A stretch of DNA of 64,000 nt from Planctomycetota bacterium. GTDB taxonomy: Bacteria > Planctomycetota > UBA1135 > UBA2386. Below the pieces are notes generated by a model. It worked only from the letters and a program-made list of their open reading frames with translations. It was not told the DNA's origin and did not search any database. Shown one piece after another: positions 38,915-48,635 of this stretch (position 1 is its first letter; every line of letters starts with the position of its first letter). Made by a program: the position numbers and the translations under genes. The stretch is taken from contig OZ245006.1 of NCBI GenBank assembly GCA_965223545.1, positions 5,344,001 to 5,408,000 of the forward strand. Reading direction: 5' to 3'.

Positions 38915-41124
38915 GTCGCGCGGCTGCCGAGGCGGCGCTGCTGCAGCAGCTGGCGGCCGGCGCGTGCGCGCGCCCGCGCGCGCTGCTCGGCCCGCATCGC
39001 GAGGCGGCCGGCTGGCTGGTGCGCGGCTGGCATCCCGACGCGGTGGCTGCCGAGTTGCGTGCCGGCGACCGCGTCGTGCCGATGGCGGCTGAGAGTGACG
39101 GTCTGTTCACCGCGCGGCTCGCGGAGGCGGAGTTGCCGCCCTACTCGTTGCGCTTCGAGTTTGCCGACGGCAACGCATGGCAGCACCGCGATCCGTATCG
39201 ATTCGGACTCGCGTTGGACGCAGCGGATGTCGACGCGCTGGCCGCCGGCCGGCACGCGCGGCTGTGGAAGTTGCTGGGCGCGCGGCCGCAGCGCCGGGGC
39301 GGCGTCGACGGGACGCGCTTTCTGGTGTGGGCACCGCGCGCCGCGGCGGTCGCGCTGGTCGGCGACTTCTGCGCGTGGGATGGCCGACTGCTGCCGATGC
39401 AGAAGTTGGCTGCGGGCGTCTTCGGCCTGTTCGTCCCCGAAGTCGGTCCGGGCGCCCTGTACCAGTTCGAAGTGCGGAGTGCGAGCGGCGCGGCCTGGGC
39501 GAAGAGCGATCCGGTGGGGCGGGCGATGGAGCCACCGCCGCGCTGCGCATCGCGCGTCGTGCGGCCGCGCTTCGGCTTTGCCGATGGTGCGTGGATGAGC
39601 CAGCGCGCGCGCATTGATCCGCGCCGCGCGCCGCTGGCAATCTACGAGGTCCACCTGGGCTCGTGGCGGCGCGATGGCGATCGCCGGCTGTCGTATCGCG
39701 AGCTGGCGCCGTTGCTGGTCGAGCACGTGCGTGCGCTCGGCTTCACGCACTTGCAGCTGCTGCCGCTCGCCGAGCACGCCTACTACCCCTCTTGGGGCTA
39801 TCAGGTCACCGGCCACTACGCGGTCACCGGTCGCTACGGCACGCCGGACGACCTGCGCTGGTTTGTCGACTACTGCCACCGCCACGACGTCGGTGTGATT
39901 CTCGATTGGGTGCCGGCGCACTTTCCGAAGGACGAGTTTGGTCTGCGCTGCTTCGACGGCCAGCGGCTGTACGAGCGGCAGGGTGAGCACCCGAGCTGGG
40001 GTACGCTGCGCTTCGACTTCAGTCGGCCCGAGGTGCGCGCGTTTCTGATCAGCAATGCCCTCTATTGGTTGCGCGAGTTCCACTTCGACGGCTTGCGCGT
40101 CGATGCGGTGTCGTGGGTCGTCTATGCCGACTACCTCGAGCGGGAGCCGCCCTGGACGCGGGATCCGCATGGCATCGGGTTCCTGCAGGAGCTGCACCGG
40201 GCGGTCGAGCGGGAGGCGCCGGCGGCGATCACCATCGCCGAGGAAGCCACCGATTTCCCCGGCGTCACCGCGCCGGTCAAGGACGGCGGCCTCGGTTTCA
40301 CCTTCAAGTGGAACATGGGCTGGATGCACGACACGCTGCGTTACGTGCGCACGCCGTTCGACCAACGTGCCGCGCATCATGACTGGCTCACGTTCGCGTT
40401 CAGCTATCAGCAGAACGAGCACTACGTCGACGCGTTGTCGCACGACGAGGTCGTCCACCTCAAACGGCCGCTGTTGCTGAAGATGCCGGGCGAAGAGTGG
40501 CAGCAGCGCGCGGGCCTGCGCTTGCTGCTGGCGGCGCAGGTGCTGCGGCCGGGCAAGTCGCTGTGGTTCATGGGCACCGAGTTGGCGCCGGTGACCGAAT
40601 GGGATCACGACCGCGCGCTCGACTGGAGTCGCGGCGAGACCGCCGAGGGGCGCGCGCTGCACGCCTACGTCGGTGCGCTGCTGCGGCTCTACCGCCGCTC
40701 GCCGTGCCTGTGGCGGCGAGACGACGGTCCCGACGGCTTTGCCTGGATCGCGGGCGACGACCGTGAGAACGGCGTGCTGGCGTTCGTGCGCCGCGACGGC
40801 GACGCGCATTTGGTGGTGGTGCTCCACTGGGGAGACGAGCCGTGCGAGGGCTATTCGGTCGGCGTGCCCGCGGCGGGAACCTACCGGCAGGTGCTGTGCA
40901 GCGAGGCGACCCGCTTTGGCGGCGCCGTAGTCGATCGCGGCGGCACGCTGCGCACGGCGGCCGAGCCGTCGTCCGGTTGGCGCCAGTCGCTGCTCGTGGA
41001 CTTGCCTCCGCTCGCGGCGCTGGTGTTGGCGCCGGCGCGGATCGGCGCGGTGCAGTCACCGCCGGCGGGATCGGTGCCGGCTGCGGATTCGCACGCGGTC
41101 CGCGCCGGCGGTGGGCGCCGATGA
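38911..41124 (+). CDS. glgB: 1,4-alpha-glucan branching enzyme GlgB
   Basis: IYEVHLGSW, SWGYQ, LDWVPAHFP, DGLRVDAV, KWNMGWMHD, LSHDEVVH. Confidence 0.96.
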   Translation: MSRAAAEAALLQQLAAGACARPRALLGPHREAAGWLVRGWHPDAVAAELRAGDRVVPMAAESDGLFTARLAEAELPPYSLRFEFADGNAWQHRDPYRFGLALDAADVDALAAGRHARLWKLLGARPQRRGGVDGTRFLVWAPRAAAVALVGDFCAWDGRLLPMQKLAAGVFGLFVPEVGPGALYQFEVRSASGAAWAKSDPVGRAMEPPPRCASRVVRPRFGFADGAWMSQRARIDPRRAPLAIYEVHLGSWRRDGDRRLSYRELAPLLVEHVRALGFTHLQLLPLAEHAYYPSWGYQVTGHYAVTGRYGTPDDLRWFVDYCHRHDVGVILDWVPAHFPKDEFGLRCFDGQRLYERQGEHPSWGTLRFDFSRPEVRAFLISNALYWLREFHFDGLRVDAVSWVVYADYLEREPPWTRDPHGIGFLQELHRAVEREAPAAITIAEEATDFPGVTAPVKDGGLGFTFKWNMGWMHDTLRYVRTPFDQRAAHHDWLTFAFSYQQNEHYVDALSHDEVVHLKRPLLLKMPGEEWQQRAGLRLLLAAQVLRPGKSLWFMGTELAPVTEWDHDRALDWSRGETAEGRALHAYVGALLRLYRRSPCLWRRDDGPDGFAWIAGDDRENGVLAFVRRDGDAHLVVVLHWGDEPCEGYSVGVPAAGTYRQVLCSEATRFGGAVVDRGGTLRTAAEPSSGWRQSLLVDLPPLAALVLAPARIGAVQSPPAGSVPAADSHAVRAGGGRR

Positions 41125-43388
41125 CTTATCATGGCGGCAGCGCCATGCGGTGGACTCGTGCCTTGTCCTTGAGTGCGGTCGTGTTCTTTGCCGGCCGTGC
41201 GCAAGCCCAGGAGCCGGCGGCGATCGACCCGGCGGCGTTCGTCCGCCGGCACTGCGCCGAGTGCCACGGTGGCGGCGAGGACCTCGAGGCCGATCTGGAT
41301 CTGGTGGGCTGGATCGAACGCGTGGGCGCCGGCCGCGAGTGGTCGGCCATCGACGTCGAGCGTGCGGCCCGGGTCAGCGAACGTCTCGCCGCGGGTGACA
41401 TGCCGCCGGACGGTGCCCGACAGCCGTCGGCGGCCGACCGGGCGGCGTTCGCCGGTTGGCTACAGGGGGGCCGCGCGGCGCCGGCGGTGACCATCCGTCG
41501 GCTCTCGCGCGTCGAGTACCGCAACTGCGTGCGCGACGTGCTCGGGGTCGACAGCGATCGCATCGACGCGGTGCCGCCCGCGGATCTCGGCCACGGCTTC
41601 GACAACATCGGGGCGGCGACGGCGTTCTCGCCCCTGCACCTCGAGGCCTACCTGGCGGTCGCCGAAGCGGTCGCGCAGCGCGCGATCTCGGTCGAGGACC
41701 CCGCCGCGCCGCCGCACCTGCACTTCGAAGCCGAGGCGATGGAGTGCTCGCTCGGCGAGGACGCCGTGCTCGGCGATTGGCTGTCCCTGTTCAGTAACGG
41801 CACCGCGCGCGTCGAGATCGAGCTGCCGCGCGCCGGTCGCTACCGCGTGCGGTTGCGCGCGCGGGGCCAGCAGGCCGGGCCCGACCCGGTGCAGGCATCC
41901 GTATGGGCGCAGGCGGCGCGCGTCGCGCAGCTGGTGATCGAGGACGAGGCGCCGGCCGAGCACGATCTGGAGGTCGAGCTCGACGGCGGCCGCCAGACGC
42001 TAGCGGTGTCGTTCGACAACGACTACTACCGGCCGCAGGCGGTCGACCCGGCGCAGCGCGACCGAAATCTGATCTTGGACTGGCTCGAGCTGATCGGTCC
42101 GCTCGACCCGCCGCGGCTCAGCTCCGGGCACCGGTGGCTGAGCGCGCTCGCGGGGGACCGCGGCAGCAACGCCGAGCGGCTCGCGCCGGCCGTGGAGCAG
42201 CTGCTGCTGCGATGCTGGCGGCGGCCGCCCTCGGCCACCGAGTTGGTCCGCGTCGTCGAGCGCGCCGCCGCCGTCGCCGACGACGAAGGTCGTTTGGTGT
42301 TCGGCTTGCGCCACGCCGTGGTCCTCGCCCTGGCGTCGCCGCACTTCTTGTTTCGGCCGGAGCCGGCCTTCGATGGCCACGCGCTGGCGGCGCGGCTGTC
42401 GTTCTTCCTCTGGAGCAGCGGACCCGATGCCGCGTTGCTCGCGGCCGCTGCGGACGGCTCGCTGCGGCGGCGCGCAGTGCTGTCGGCGCAGGCGGCGCGG
42501 CTGCTCGAGGACCCACGCGCCTCGGCCTTGGCGGAGAACTTCGCCGTGCAATGGCTCGAGCTGCGGGCGTTGCAAAACGAGCCGGAGGTGGCCGAGGAGC
42601 GCGGTGGATCGGACCAGGGCTTGCGCGCGGCGATGCGGCGGGAGAGTGTCCTGTTGTTCGAGACGGTGCTGCGCGAGCGGCGCCCGGCGACCGAGCTCCT
42701 GACCGCCGACTACACCTTCGTCAACGAGGCCCTGGCCCAGCACTATCGCTTGCCCGGTGTCCGCGGCGCGCACTTTCGTCGCGTGCCGCTGACCGACGCA
42801 CGGCGGCGCGGCCTGTTGGCCCACGCGGGCATTCTCACGCTGACCTCCAACCCCGACCGGACCTCACCGGTCAAACGCGGCAAGTGGATCCTGAGCAATC
42901 TGCTCGCGCGGCCTCCGGCACCACCGCCGCCGGGCGCCGACAGCTTCGACGAAGCCGCCGTCGACGGACCCGCGACCATGCGCGCGATGCTCGAAGCGCA
43001 CCGGCGGGACGCCCGCTGCGCTGCCTGCCACGCTCGCATGGACGGTCTCGGCCTGGCGCTCGAGCACTTCGACCGACTCGGTCGCTGGCGCGATTCCGCC
43101 GCCGGCCAGCCGATCGACGCCGGCGCGCTGCTGCCGGGGGGCACGCGCGTGGACGGCGTCGCGGGCGTCGTGGATGCGCTGGTACAGGACGCCGCGGTGG
43201 TGCGCGGTTTGCTGATCAAGCTGTTCACCTTCGGCGTCGGCCGGCCGCCGACCGCGCTCGAGCGCGCCGGGCTGGAACACGCGGCAGCGGCGCTGCCCGC
43301 CGACGCGCCGATCGCGGCGCTGATCGACCTGGTGGTGACCCACGCGGCGTTTCGCGAGGCGCCGGATGAACCCGAGGAGGCGAGATGA
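41121..43388 (+). CDS. DUF1592/DUF1588-type PSD/PSCyt multidomain protein with heme motifs and a CBM-like insert
   Basis: CAECH, RRLSRVEY, GFDN, SPHFLFR, LSFFLWSS.PD, TSPVKRGKW, CAACH; insert FDND...DRNL. Confidence 0.92.
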   Translation: MTYHGGSAMRWTRALSLSAVVFFAGRAQAQEPAAIDPAAFVRRHCAECHGGGEDLEADLDLVGWIERVGAGREWSAIDVERAARVSERLAAGDMPPDGARQPSAADRAAFAGWLQGGRAAPAVTIRRLSRVEYRNCVRDVLGVDSDRIDAVPPADLGHGFDNIGAATAFSPLHLEAYLAVAEAVAQRAISVEDPAAPPHLHFEAEAMECSLGEDAVLGDWLSLFSNGTARVEIELPRAGRYRVRLRARGQQAGPDPVQASVWAQAARVAQLVIEDEAPAEHDLEVELDGGRQTLAVSFDNDYYRPQAVDPAQRDRNLILDWLELIGPLDPPRLSSGHRWLSALAGDRGSNAERLAPAVEQLLLRCWRRPPSATELVRVVERAAAVADDEGRLVFGLRHAVVLALASPHFLFRPEPAFDGHALAARLSFFLWSSGPDAALLAAAADGSLRRRAVLSAQAARLLEDPRASALAENFAVQWLELRALQNEPEVAEERGGSDQGLRAAMRRESVLLFETVLRERRPATELLTADYTFVNEALAQHYRLPGVRGAHFRRVPLTDARRRGLLAHAGILTLTSNPDRTSPVKRGKWILSNLLARPPAPPPPGADSFDEAAVDGPATMRAMLEAHRRDARCAACHARMDGLGLALEHFDRLGRWRDSAAGQPIDAGALLPGGTRVDGVAGVVDALVQDAAVVRGLLIKLFTFGVGRPPTALERAGLEHAAAALPADAPIAALIDLVVTHAAFREAPDEPEEAR

Positions 43389-44689
43389 CGCGGAGATCCC
43401 TGTCGCGGCGGACGTTCTTAGCCGGCAGCGGCGCCTGCCTCGCGTTGCCATGGCTCGAAGCGACCTCACCGGCCCGCGCGGCGGGCACACCGCGCGCGCT
43501 GTTCGTCTTTGCGCCCAACGGCGTGCACATGCCGGCGTGGACGCCCGCGGCGACCGGGATGGAGTTCGACCTGCCACCGACTTTGAAGCCGCTCGCGCCG
43601 GTGCGCACCACGGTGCGCGTCGTGTCTGGCCTGGAATTGGATCCCGCGCGCAGTCACGGCGATGGGCCGGGTGACCACGCCCGCGCGGCGGCCGCGTTCT
43701 TGACCTGTGCCCACCCGCGCAAGAACGGCCCCCTGCGCGTCGGCGTGTCGGTCGACCAGCTGCTGGCGCGCGCCTGGCGTGGGCACGCGCGCTTCGACAG
43801 CCTCGAGCTCGGCGTGCAGCGCGGCAGTGCGGCCGGCGTCTGTGACTCCGGCTACAGCTGTGCATACAGCAACCACATCGCGTGGCGCGCGCCCGGGTCG
43901 CCGCTGGCGGTGGAGAACGACCCGCGCCGCGTCTTCACGCGGTTGTTCGGTGCGGGGGACGCGACGCGAGAGGATCGAGTCGCGCGCCGGGCCCGGCGTC
44001 GCAGCGTGCTCGATGCGGTGCTCGCCGACGCCGATGCGCTGTCGCGGCGGCTCGGCGCTGCCGACCGCGCCAAGCTCGAGGACTACTTGACCGCGGTGCG
44101 GGAGGTCGAGCGGCGCATCGAGTGGGCCGAACAGCGCGACGCCGAGGTGGCCGAGGCGGCGGCCCGGCGCGAGCCGCCGGAGTGGATGGCGTCCCCGGTG
44201 GCGCGGGCGGACCGATTGGCGTTGCTCTACGAGCTGATCGCCATCGCGTGGCAGAGCGATGCCGCGCGCGTTTGCACGCTGATGCTGGGCACCGGTGGCA
44301 GCAACCTGAGCTATCCGGAGCTCGGCATCGACGCCGGCCATCACAGCCTGTCGCACCACCGCGGCAACGCCGACAACATGGCCAAGATCGAGCGGATCGA
44401 CCGCGCCCAGATCGAGCAGCTGGCGGCGTTCTTGGCGCGGCTCGACCAGCTCGGTCTACTCGAGGATGCGGTCGTCGTCTACGGGTCCGGCATCTCGGAT
44501 GGCAATCGCCACGATCACGCCGACTTGCCCATCCTGGTCGCCGGTGGCGGCGGCGGCCTCGGGTCGGCACAGCACCTCCGGGTGCCGCCGGCGACGCCGC
44601 TCGCCAACCTCTACCTCGAGCTGCTGCGGCGCTTCGGGGTCGAAGTGCCGCGCTTCGGTGACAGCACCGGCGGCTTGCCCGCGCTCTGA
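43385..44689 (+). CDS. DUF1552 domain protein (Tat-like signal)
   Basis: SRRTFL, LPWLEA, PNG, CDSGYSCAY, HHSLSHH, DGNRH. Confidence 0.93.
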   Translation: MTRRSLSRRTFLAGSGACLALPWLEATSPARAAGTPRALFVFAPNGVHMPAWTPAATGMEFDLPPTLKPLAPVRTTVRVVSGLELDPARSHGDGPGDHARAAAAFLTCAHPRKNGPLRVGVSVDQLLARAWRGHARFDSLELGVQRGSAAGVCDSGYSCAYSNHIAWRAPGSPLAVENDPRRVFTRLFGAGDATREDRVARRARRRSVLDAVLADADALSRRLGAADRAKLEDYLTAVREVERRIEWAEQRDAEVAEAAARREPPEWMASPVARADRLALLYELIAIAWQSDAARVCTLMLGTGGSNLSYPELGIDAGHHSLSHHRGNADNMAKIERIDRAQIEQLAAFLARLDQLGLLEDAVVVYGSGISDGNRHDHADLPILVAGGGGGLGSAQHLRVPPATPLANLYLELLRRFGVEVPRFGDSTGGLPAL

Positions 44690-44708
44690 ACGGCGGCCTT
44701 TTCGGTAA

Positions 44709-46991
44709 TCAGCGGATGTCGACGGTGAGGCCGCCGGTCATCTGGGCGCCGAACGGGTTCGAGCCGGGGCTGACGTACAGCCACTGCATGTAGATCGTGC
44801 CGCTGACGGTGGACGGGATCGTCAAGCGTTGGTTGTAGGACGACGTCGGCAAGACGACGTTCAGCGTGGTCATGGCCTGCGTCGGGTCGACCAGCAGCGG
44901 GCAGCCTGTCATCCCGATGAAGCTGAGGTCGAGGTTGGTCTGGGCGCCGCCGATGAGCAGGACACCGTTGACCCCGCTGGGCGCACCGGTGATGCGGGCG
45001 ATGAAGTTTCTCGTGCCCGCCCACGGGAGGTTCGCGTGGTTGTTGGTGGCGCTGCTGATCGAAGCATTGCCGCATCCGGTGCCATAGGGGGCCGGCAGGT
45101 TGATCGCCGGGTAGGCGAGCTTGGTCGCCGAGACGACCGCGGTCGAAGCGTAGGCGATCGAGTACTCGTGGTTGTCGTCGTCGTAGGTGATCGACGGGTG
45201 GGCCGCGCCCGAGGTCGGCGTAATGCTCGCCGACTCGGCGATCTTGCCGTCGACGCCGATCCGATCGACGTAGGAGACCAGCGGCTGCGCCAACGTCTCA
45301 CTGGTCACGCAGGCATAGTGGCTGCGGGTTTCCCGGTCGTGGGCGACTCCGCCGAGCAGCAGAGCGCGGCCCTGACGCAGGCGCTCGTGTGCCAGGGAGG
45401 TTGGCAATGACGACTGAACACCCCACTGGAGCACCTGCACCCACGCTTCGGAGCCGGTGTTGCCGATCTGGGGAAACAGGTTGGCACGCTGCAGGTAGGC
45501 GATGCTGTAGTTGTCGAGACTGCCGGCAATGCGAGGCGCAAAGCTGTGCATCGCGTTGGCGAGATTGCCGAGCGAGACGTAGGAGTTCGAGCTGCCGTTC
45601 TGGTCGACGCGCGTCGCGAACACGTCCCAATCGTCCTGCGGGATGATCGTGTCGAGGCTCTGGAAGACGCACACCCAGTCGTCGCCCGAGGACTCGCGCT
45701 GCTCGTTGATGTCGGGGCGGTCGGTGTCCTTCAGCACGCTGGTGCTACTCACCGAGTAGTGTCGGATTGCACGGCCGGCGCGAACGTCGACCACGGTGGC
45801 GCGGATCGACGAGTTGTTGGTGTCGGGTTGACCGCTGTCGGAGCGGTAGACGACCAGGGCTTCGTCGCCGGCGAACCGGTTCGAGCAGCCGCCCACCGCG
45901 ATGTGGTGCGCCCAGTCGGTCGAGCGCAGCGCGACGATGCTGGTGCTGACCGAGAAGTTGCCGGCGTCGTGCAAATGGGCCCTGAGGTAGCCGATGTTGC
46001 TGGAGGGCACCAGGCGGTTGAAACCGATGACCCACCGCTGCGGTGCGGCGACGTAGGCCACGTCCATGCTGTCCGTGCTCCAGGACGCGGTGATGTCGGT
46101 GAACACCGGCGCGGACGGCGAGAAGTCGTCGTCCATCAAGTAGGCGTAGCCGTCGTAGTCGGCGCTGGAGACCGCGCGGGTGAAGACGATCATCAGCTGG
46201 CCGGTCTCGGCATCGCGCCCGATTTCGGTGTCGGCGGGGGTTGCGCCACCGGCGGAGATCGAGCGAGCGCTGAGCAGCGGATCGACGGTCAGCGGGAACT
46301 GGGCGTCGCGCACGGCGTCCGCGGCGAGCCGCAGCTCGACCTCGCCGGCGACGATCGTCGTGGTCATCGCCGTCTGGCGGCCGGCCGCGTCGATCGCGAT
46401 CGCCGCGCCGTAGCGGACACGCTCGCGGCCCGTAGCGTCGCGCAGCGCGAGCGCGCCGGAGCGCGGGGTCGCGGAGTCGATGTCGAGCTCACTGATCAGC
46501 TGGCCACGCACGACGAGATCTCCTCGCACCGAGCTTCCTTCCACGGCGGGCCGCTGCGCGATGACGAAGGTCTGCTCGACACCGTCGCGCCGCACGTCGT
46601 AGGCCTCCGTGAAGCCGGGATAGCGGTACTCGTAGCGCCAATCCTGAGCGTGCCCGCGCATCGCCTTCGCGGCGTCCGACGTCATCAGCTGGTGCCCGCC
46701 GATCGAGACGCCGGTGGTCCGCCAGCGCACCGGCAGGTTGCGCGGCGCGTCGGCACCGAGCACCGGGTAGAACACCATCCCGTCGTGGAACGACACCTTG
46801 TAGTCGGGGCCGGCGGCCCAAGTCCCGTAATCGGCAACGGCCTCGTCGGCACCGGTGTGCACGGCCACCATCCAGCGCGCGGCATCGATCGCCTGGACTT
46901 GCTCCAGGGTCGGTGAAGGGTTCTGGGCAGCCGGCGGGGCGATCGAGACGCTGCCAAGCACCATGAGCGAGATCAGGCGGTTTCGTTCCAT
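44709..46991 (-). CDS. Large secreted protein with conserved C-terminal domain
   Basis: GAGGTG RBS before ATG 46991; signal ending PAAQ; YDVRRDGVEQTF...FPLTVDP module; YGTGC...QW C-terminal domain. Confidence 0.85.
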   Translation of the reverse strand: MERNRLISLMVLGSVSIAPPAAQNPSPTLEQVQAIDAARWMVAVHTGADEAVADYGTWAAGPDYKVSFHDGMVFYPVLGADAPRNLPVRWRTTGVSIGGHQLMTSDAAKAMRGHAQDWRYEYRYPGFTEAYDVRRDGVEQTFVIAQRPAVEGSSVRGDLVVRGQLISELDIDSATPRSGALALRDATGRERVRYGAAIAIDAAGRQTAMTTTIVAGEVELRLAADAVRDAQFPLTVDPLLSARSISAGGATPADTEIGRDAETGQLMIVFTRAVSSADYDGYAYLMDDDFSPSAPVFTDITASWSTDSMDVAYVAAPQRWVIGFNRLVPSSNIGYLRAHLHDAGNFSVSTSIVALRSTDWAHHIAVGGCSNRFAGDEALVVYRSDSGQPDTNNSSIRATVVDVRAGRAIRHYSVSSTSVLKDTDRPDINEQRESSGDDWVCVFQSLDTIIPQDDWDVFATRVDQNGSSNSYVSLGNLANAMHSFAPRIAGSLDNYSIAYLQRANLFPQIGNTGSEAWVQVLQWGVQSSLPTSLAHERLRQGRALLLGGVAHDRETRSHYACVTSETLAQPLVSYVDRIGVDGKIAESASITPTSGAAHPSITYDDDNHEYSIAYASTAVVSATKLAYPAINLPAPYGTGCGNASISSATNNHANLPWAGTRNFIARITGAPSGVNGVLLIGGAQTNLDLSFIGMTGCPLLVDPTQAMTTLNVVLPTSSYNQRLTIPSTVSGTIYMQWLYVSPGSNPFGAQMTGGLTVDIR

Positions 46992-47144
46992 CGTGGTCAC
47001 CTCGTGTTTCGGGTGACCTGATGCGTCAGGAGGGGGCGACGGCGGCCAACATTCGGGTTTCAGCAACTCGAGGGAGTACGTCGTGCCCTGAGCAGGCCGC
47101 GTCTTGCGGTCTCGACTCCGTCGGTGGACGCTTGGGGGTTCACC

Positions 47145-47639
47145 ATGGCCGATTCCGAACCCGTCCCTCCCGAGCGCGAAGACTCGGACCCACGAGACTC
47201 CGACCGCACGCGTCAATGGTGCGATGACATGCGGTGCCACGTCGCGGGCTACCTCGACGCGGAGCGGGTGCGCCACGGCCAGGTCGGCGACCGGCCGGTG
47301 TTTCAGGTCGCCCCCTACGTCTCGGTTTGGGAGGTCGAGAGCGCGGCCCGGCCGGGGAATGTCGGTGGCTGGGTGGTCTGCGGCGATCTGCCGACCGACT
47401 GCGTGTGCGCCGAAGAGGTGGCGCACCCGCGCGCGGCGTTGGCGGCGATCGCCGAGCGGTGGAGGCGCTACGCGGAGGCGGTGCGGCGGGGCGAGCCGCC
47501 GGAGGGGTTCGAGATCGCCGGCGTCGCCGACGATCCCGACAACCTGTTGCCGCAGCTGGAGAGCCGGGCGGAGACGTTGGCGCAGTGGGCGGAGGACGAC
47601 GGGGCCTGGAGCGACGAGGCTTCGGATCAGCAGAGCTGA
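47145..47639 (+). CDS. DUF4826 family protein
   Basis: APYVSVW, GWVVCGDLPTD, PRAALAAIA motifs. Confidence 0.8.
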   Translation: MADSEPVPPEREDSDPRDSDRTRQWCDDMRCHVAGYLDAERVRHGQVGDRPVFQVAPYVSVWEVESAARPGNVGGWVVCGDLPTDCVCAEEVAHPRAALAAIAERWRRYAEAVRRGEPPEGFEIAGVADDPDNLLPQLESRAETLAQWAEDDGAWSDEASDQQS

Positions 47640-47643
47640 CGCC

Positions 47644-48561
47644 TCAGGCTTCGGCCAGCGCCGCGCCGACGCGCAGCTTCATCGAGTGCAGCGTGTTGCG
47701 CATCAGCATGGCGATCGTCATGGGGCCGACACCGCCGGGCACCGGGGTGATCCAGCCGGCGATCTCCGCCGCTTTGTCGTAGTCGACATCGCCGCGCAGG
47801 ATGGCGACGGTCTTGCCGGTCTTCTCGCTGACGCGCTCGCCGACGCGGTTGACGCCGACGTCGATGACGCACGCCCCGGGCTTGATCCACTCCGGCTGCA
47901 CCAAGCCGGGCACGCCGGCGGCGACGATCAGGATGTCGGCGCGGCGGCAGTGGGCGGCGAGGTCGCGGGTGCGCGTGTGCACGACGGTGACCGTCGAATT
48001 GGCGCCCGCGCCCTTCTGCATCATCATCGTCGCGATGGGCTTGCCGACGATGTTCGAGCGGCCGACGACGACGACTTCGGCTCCGCTGGTCTCGATGCCC
48101 GCGCGTAGGATCATCTCGCGGATGCCGGCGGGCGTACACGGCGGGAAGCGTACGTCGTCGCCGATCAGTAGTCGGCCCGCGTTGACCGGGTGAAACCCGT
48201 CGACGTCCTTGTCGGGATCGATCGCCAACAGGACCTTGTTCTCGTCGATGTGGTCCGGGAGCGGCAGCTGCACCAAGATGCCGTCGATACTCGGGTCGTC
48301 GTTGTAGCGCTGGATCAGCGCCAGCAGCGCTGCTTCGTCGATGTCGGCCGGTTGGTTGTCCTGGACTTCGTGAAAGCCGATGCCGATCGCGGTCTGCACC
48401 TTGAGGCGCACATACGATTGGGATGCCGGGTTGTCGCCGACGAGAATCGTGACCAGGCCGGGCGGACGGCCGTGCTGGGCGGCGAGTTGGTCGACCTCGG
48501 TCTTGATCTCGTCGAGGATCGTCTGGCGCAGCGCCGTTCCGGAGATGATCTGTGCGGGCAT
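47644..48561 (-). CDS. folD: Methylenetetrahydrofolate dehydrogenase/cyclohydrolase
   Basis: YVRLK, GILVQLPLP, KDVDGFHP, PCTP, GRSNIVGKP, ITPVPGGVGPMT. Confidence 0.98.
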   Translation of the reverse strand: MPAQIISGTALRQTILDEIKTEVDQLAAQHGRPPGLVTILVGDNPASQSYVRLKVQTAIGIGFHEVQDNQPADIDEAALLALIQRYNDDPSIDGILVQLPLPDHIDENKVLLAIDPDKDVDGFHPVNAGRLLIGDDVRFPPCTPAGIREMILRAGIETSGAEVVVVGRSNIVGKPIATMMMQKGAGANSTVTVVHTRTRDLAAHCRRADILIVAAGVPGLVQPEWIKPGACVIDVGVNRVGERVSEKTGKTVAILRGDVDYDKAAEIAGWITPVPGGVGPMTIAMLMRNTLHSMKLRVGAALAEA

Positions 48562-48635
48562 GAGAAAAGCGTGGTCGGCGGAAGGACCAAACCCTAGCAG
48601 GTTGGCAAGCGGTGGCCAGCGTTCGTACGGTGTCG

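Noticed and set aside
18787..40827. Long alternative ORFs (e.g. 18787-21306 +, 30819-33632 -, 36950-38881 -, 38494-40827 -)
   Set aside because: Shadow ORFs of well-supported genes; Arg/Ala/Gly-rich, motif-free and expected at this GC content.
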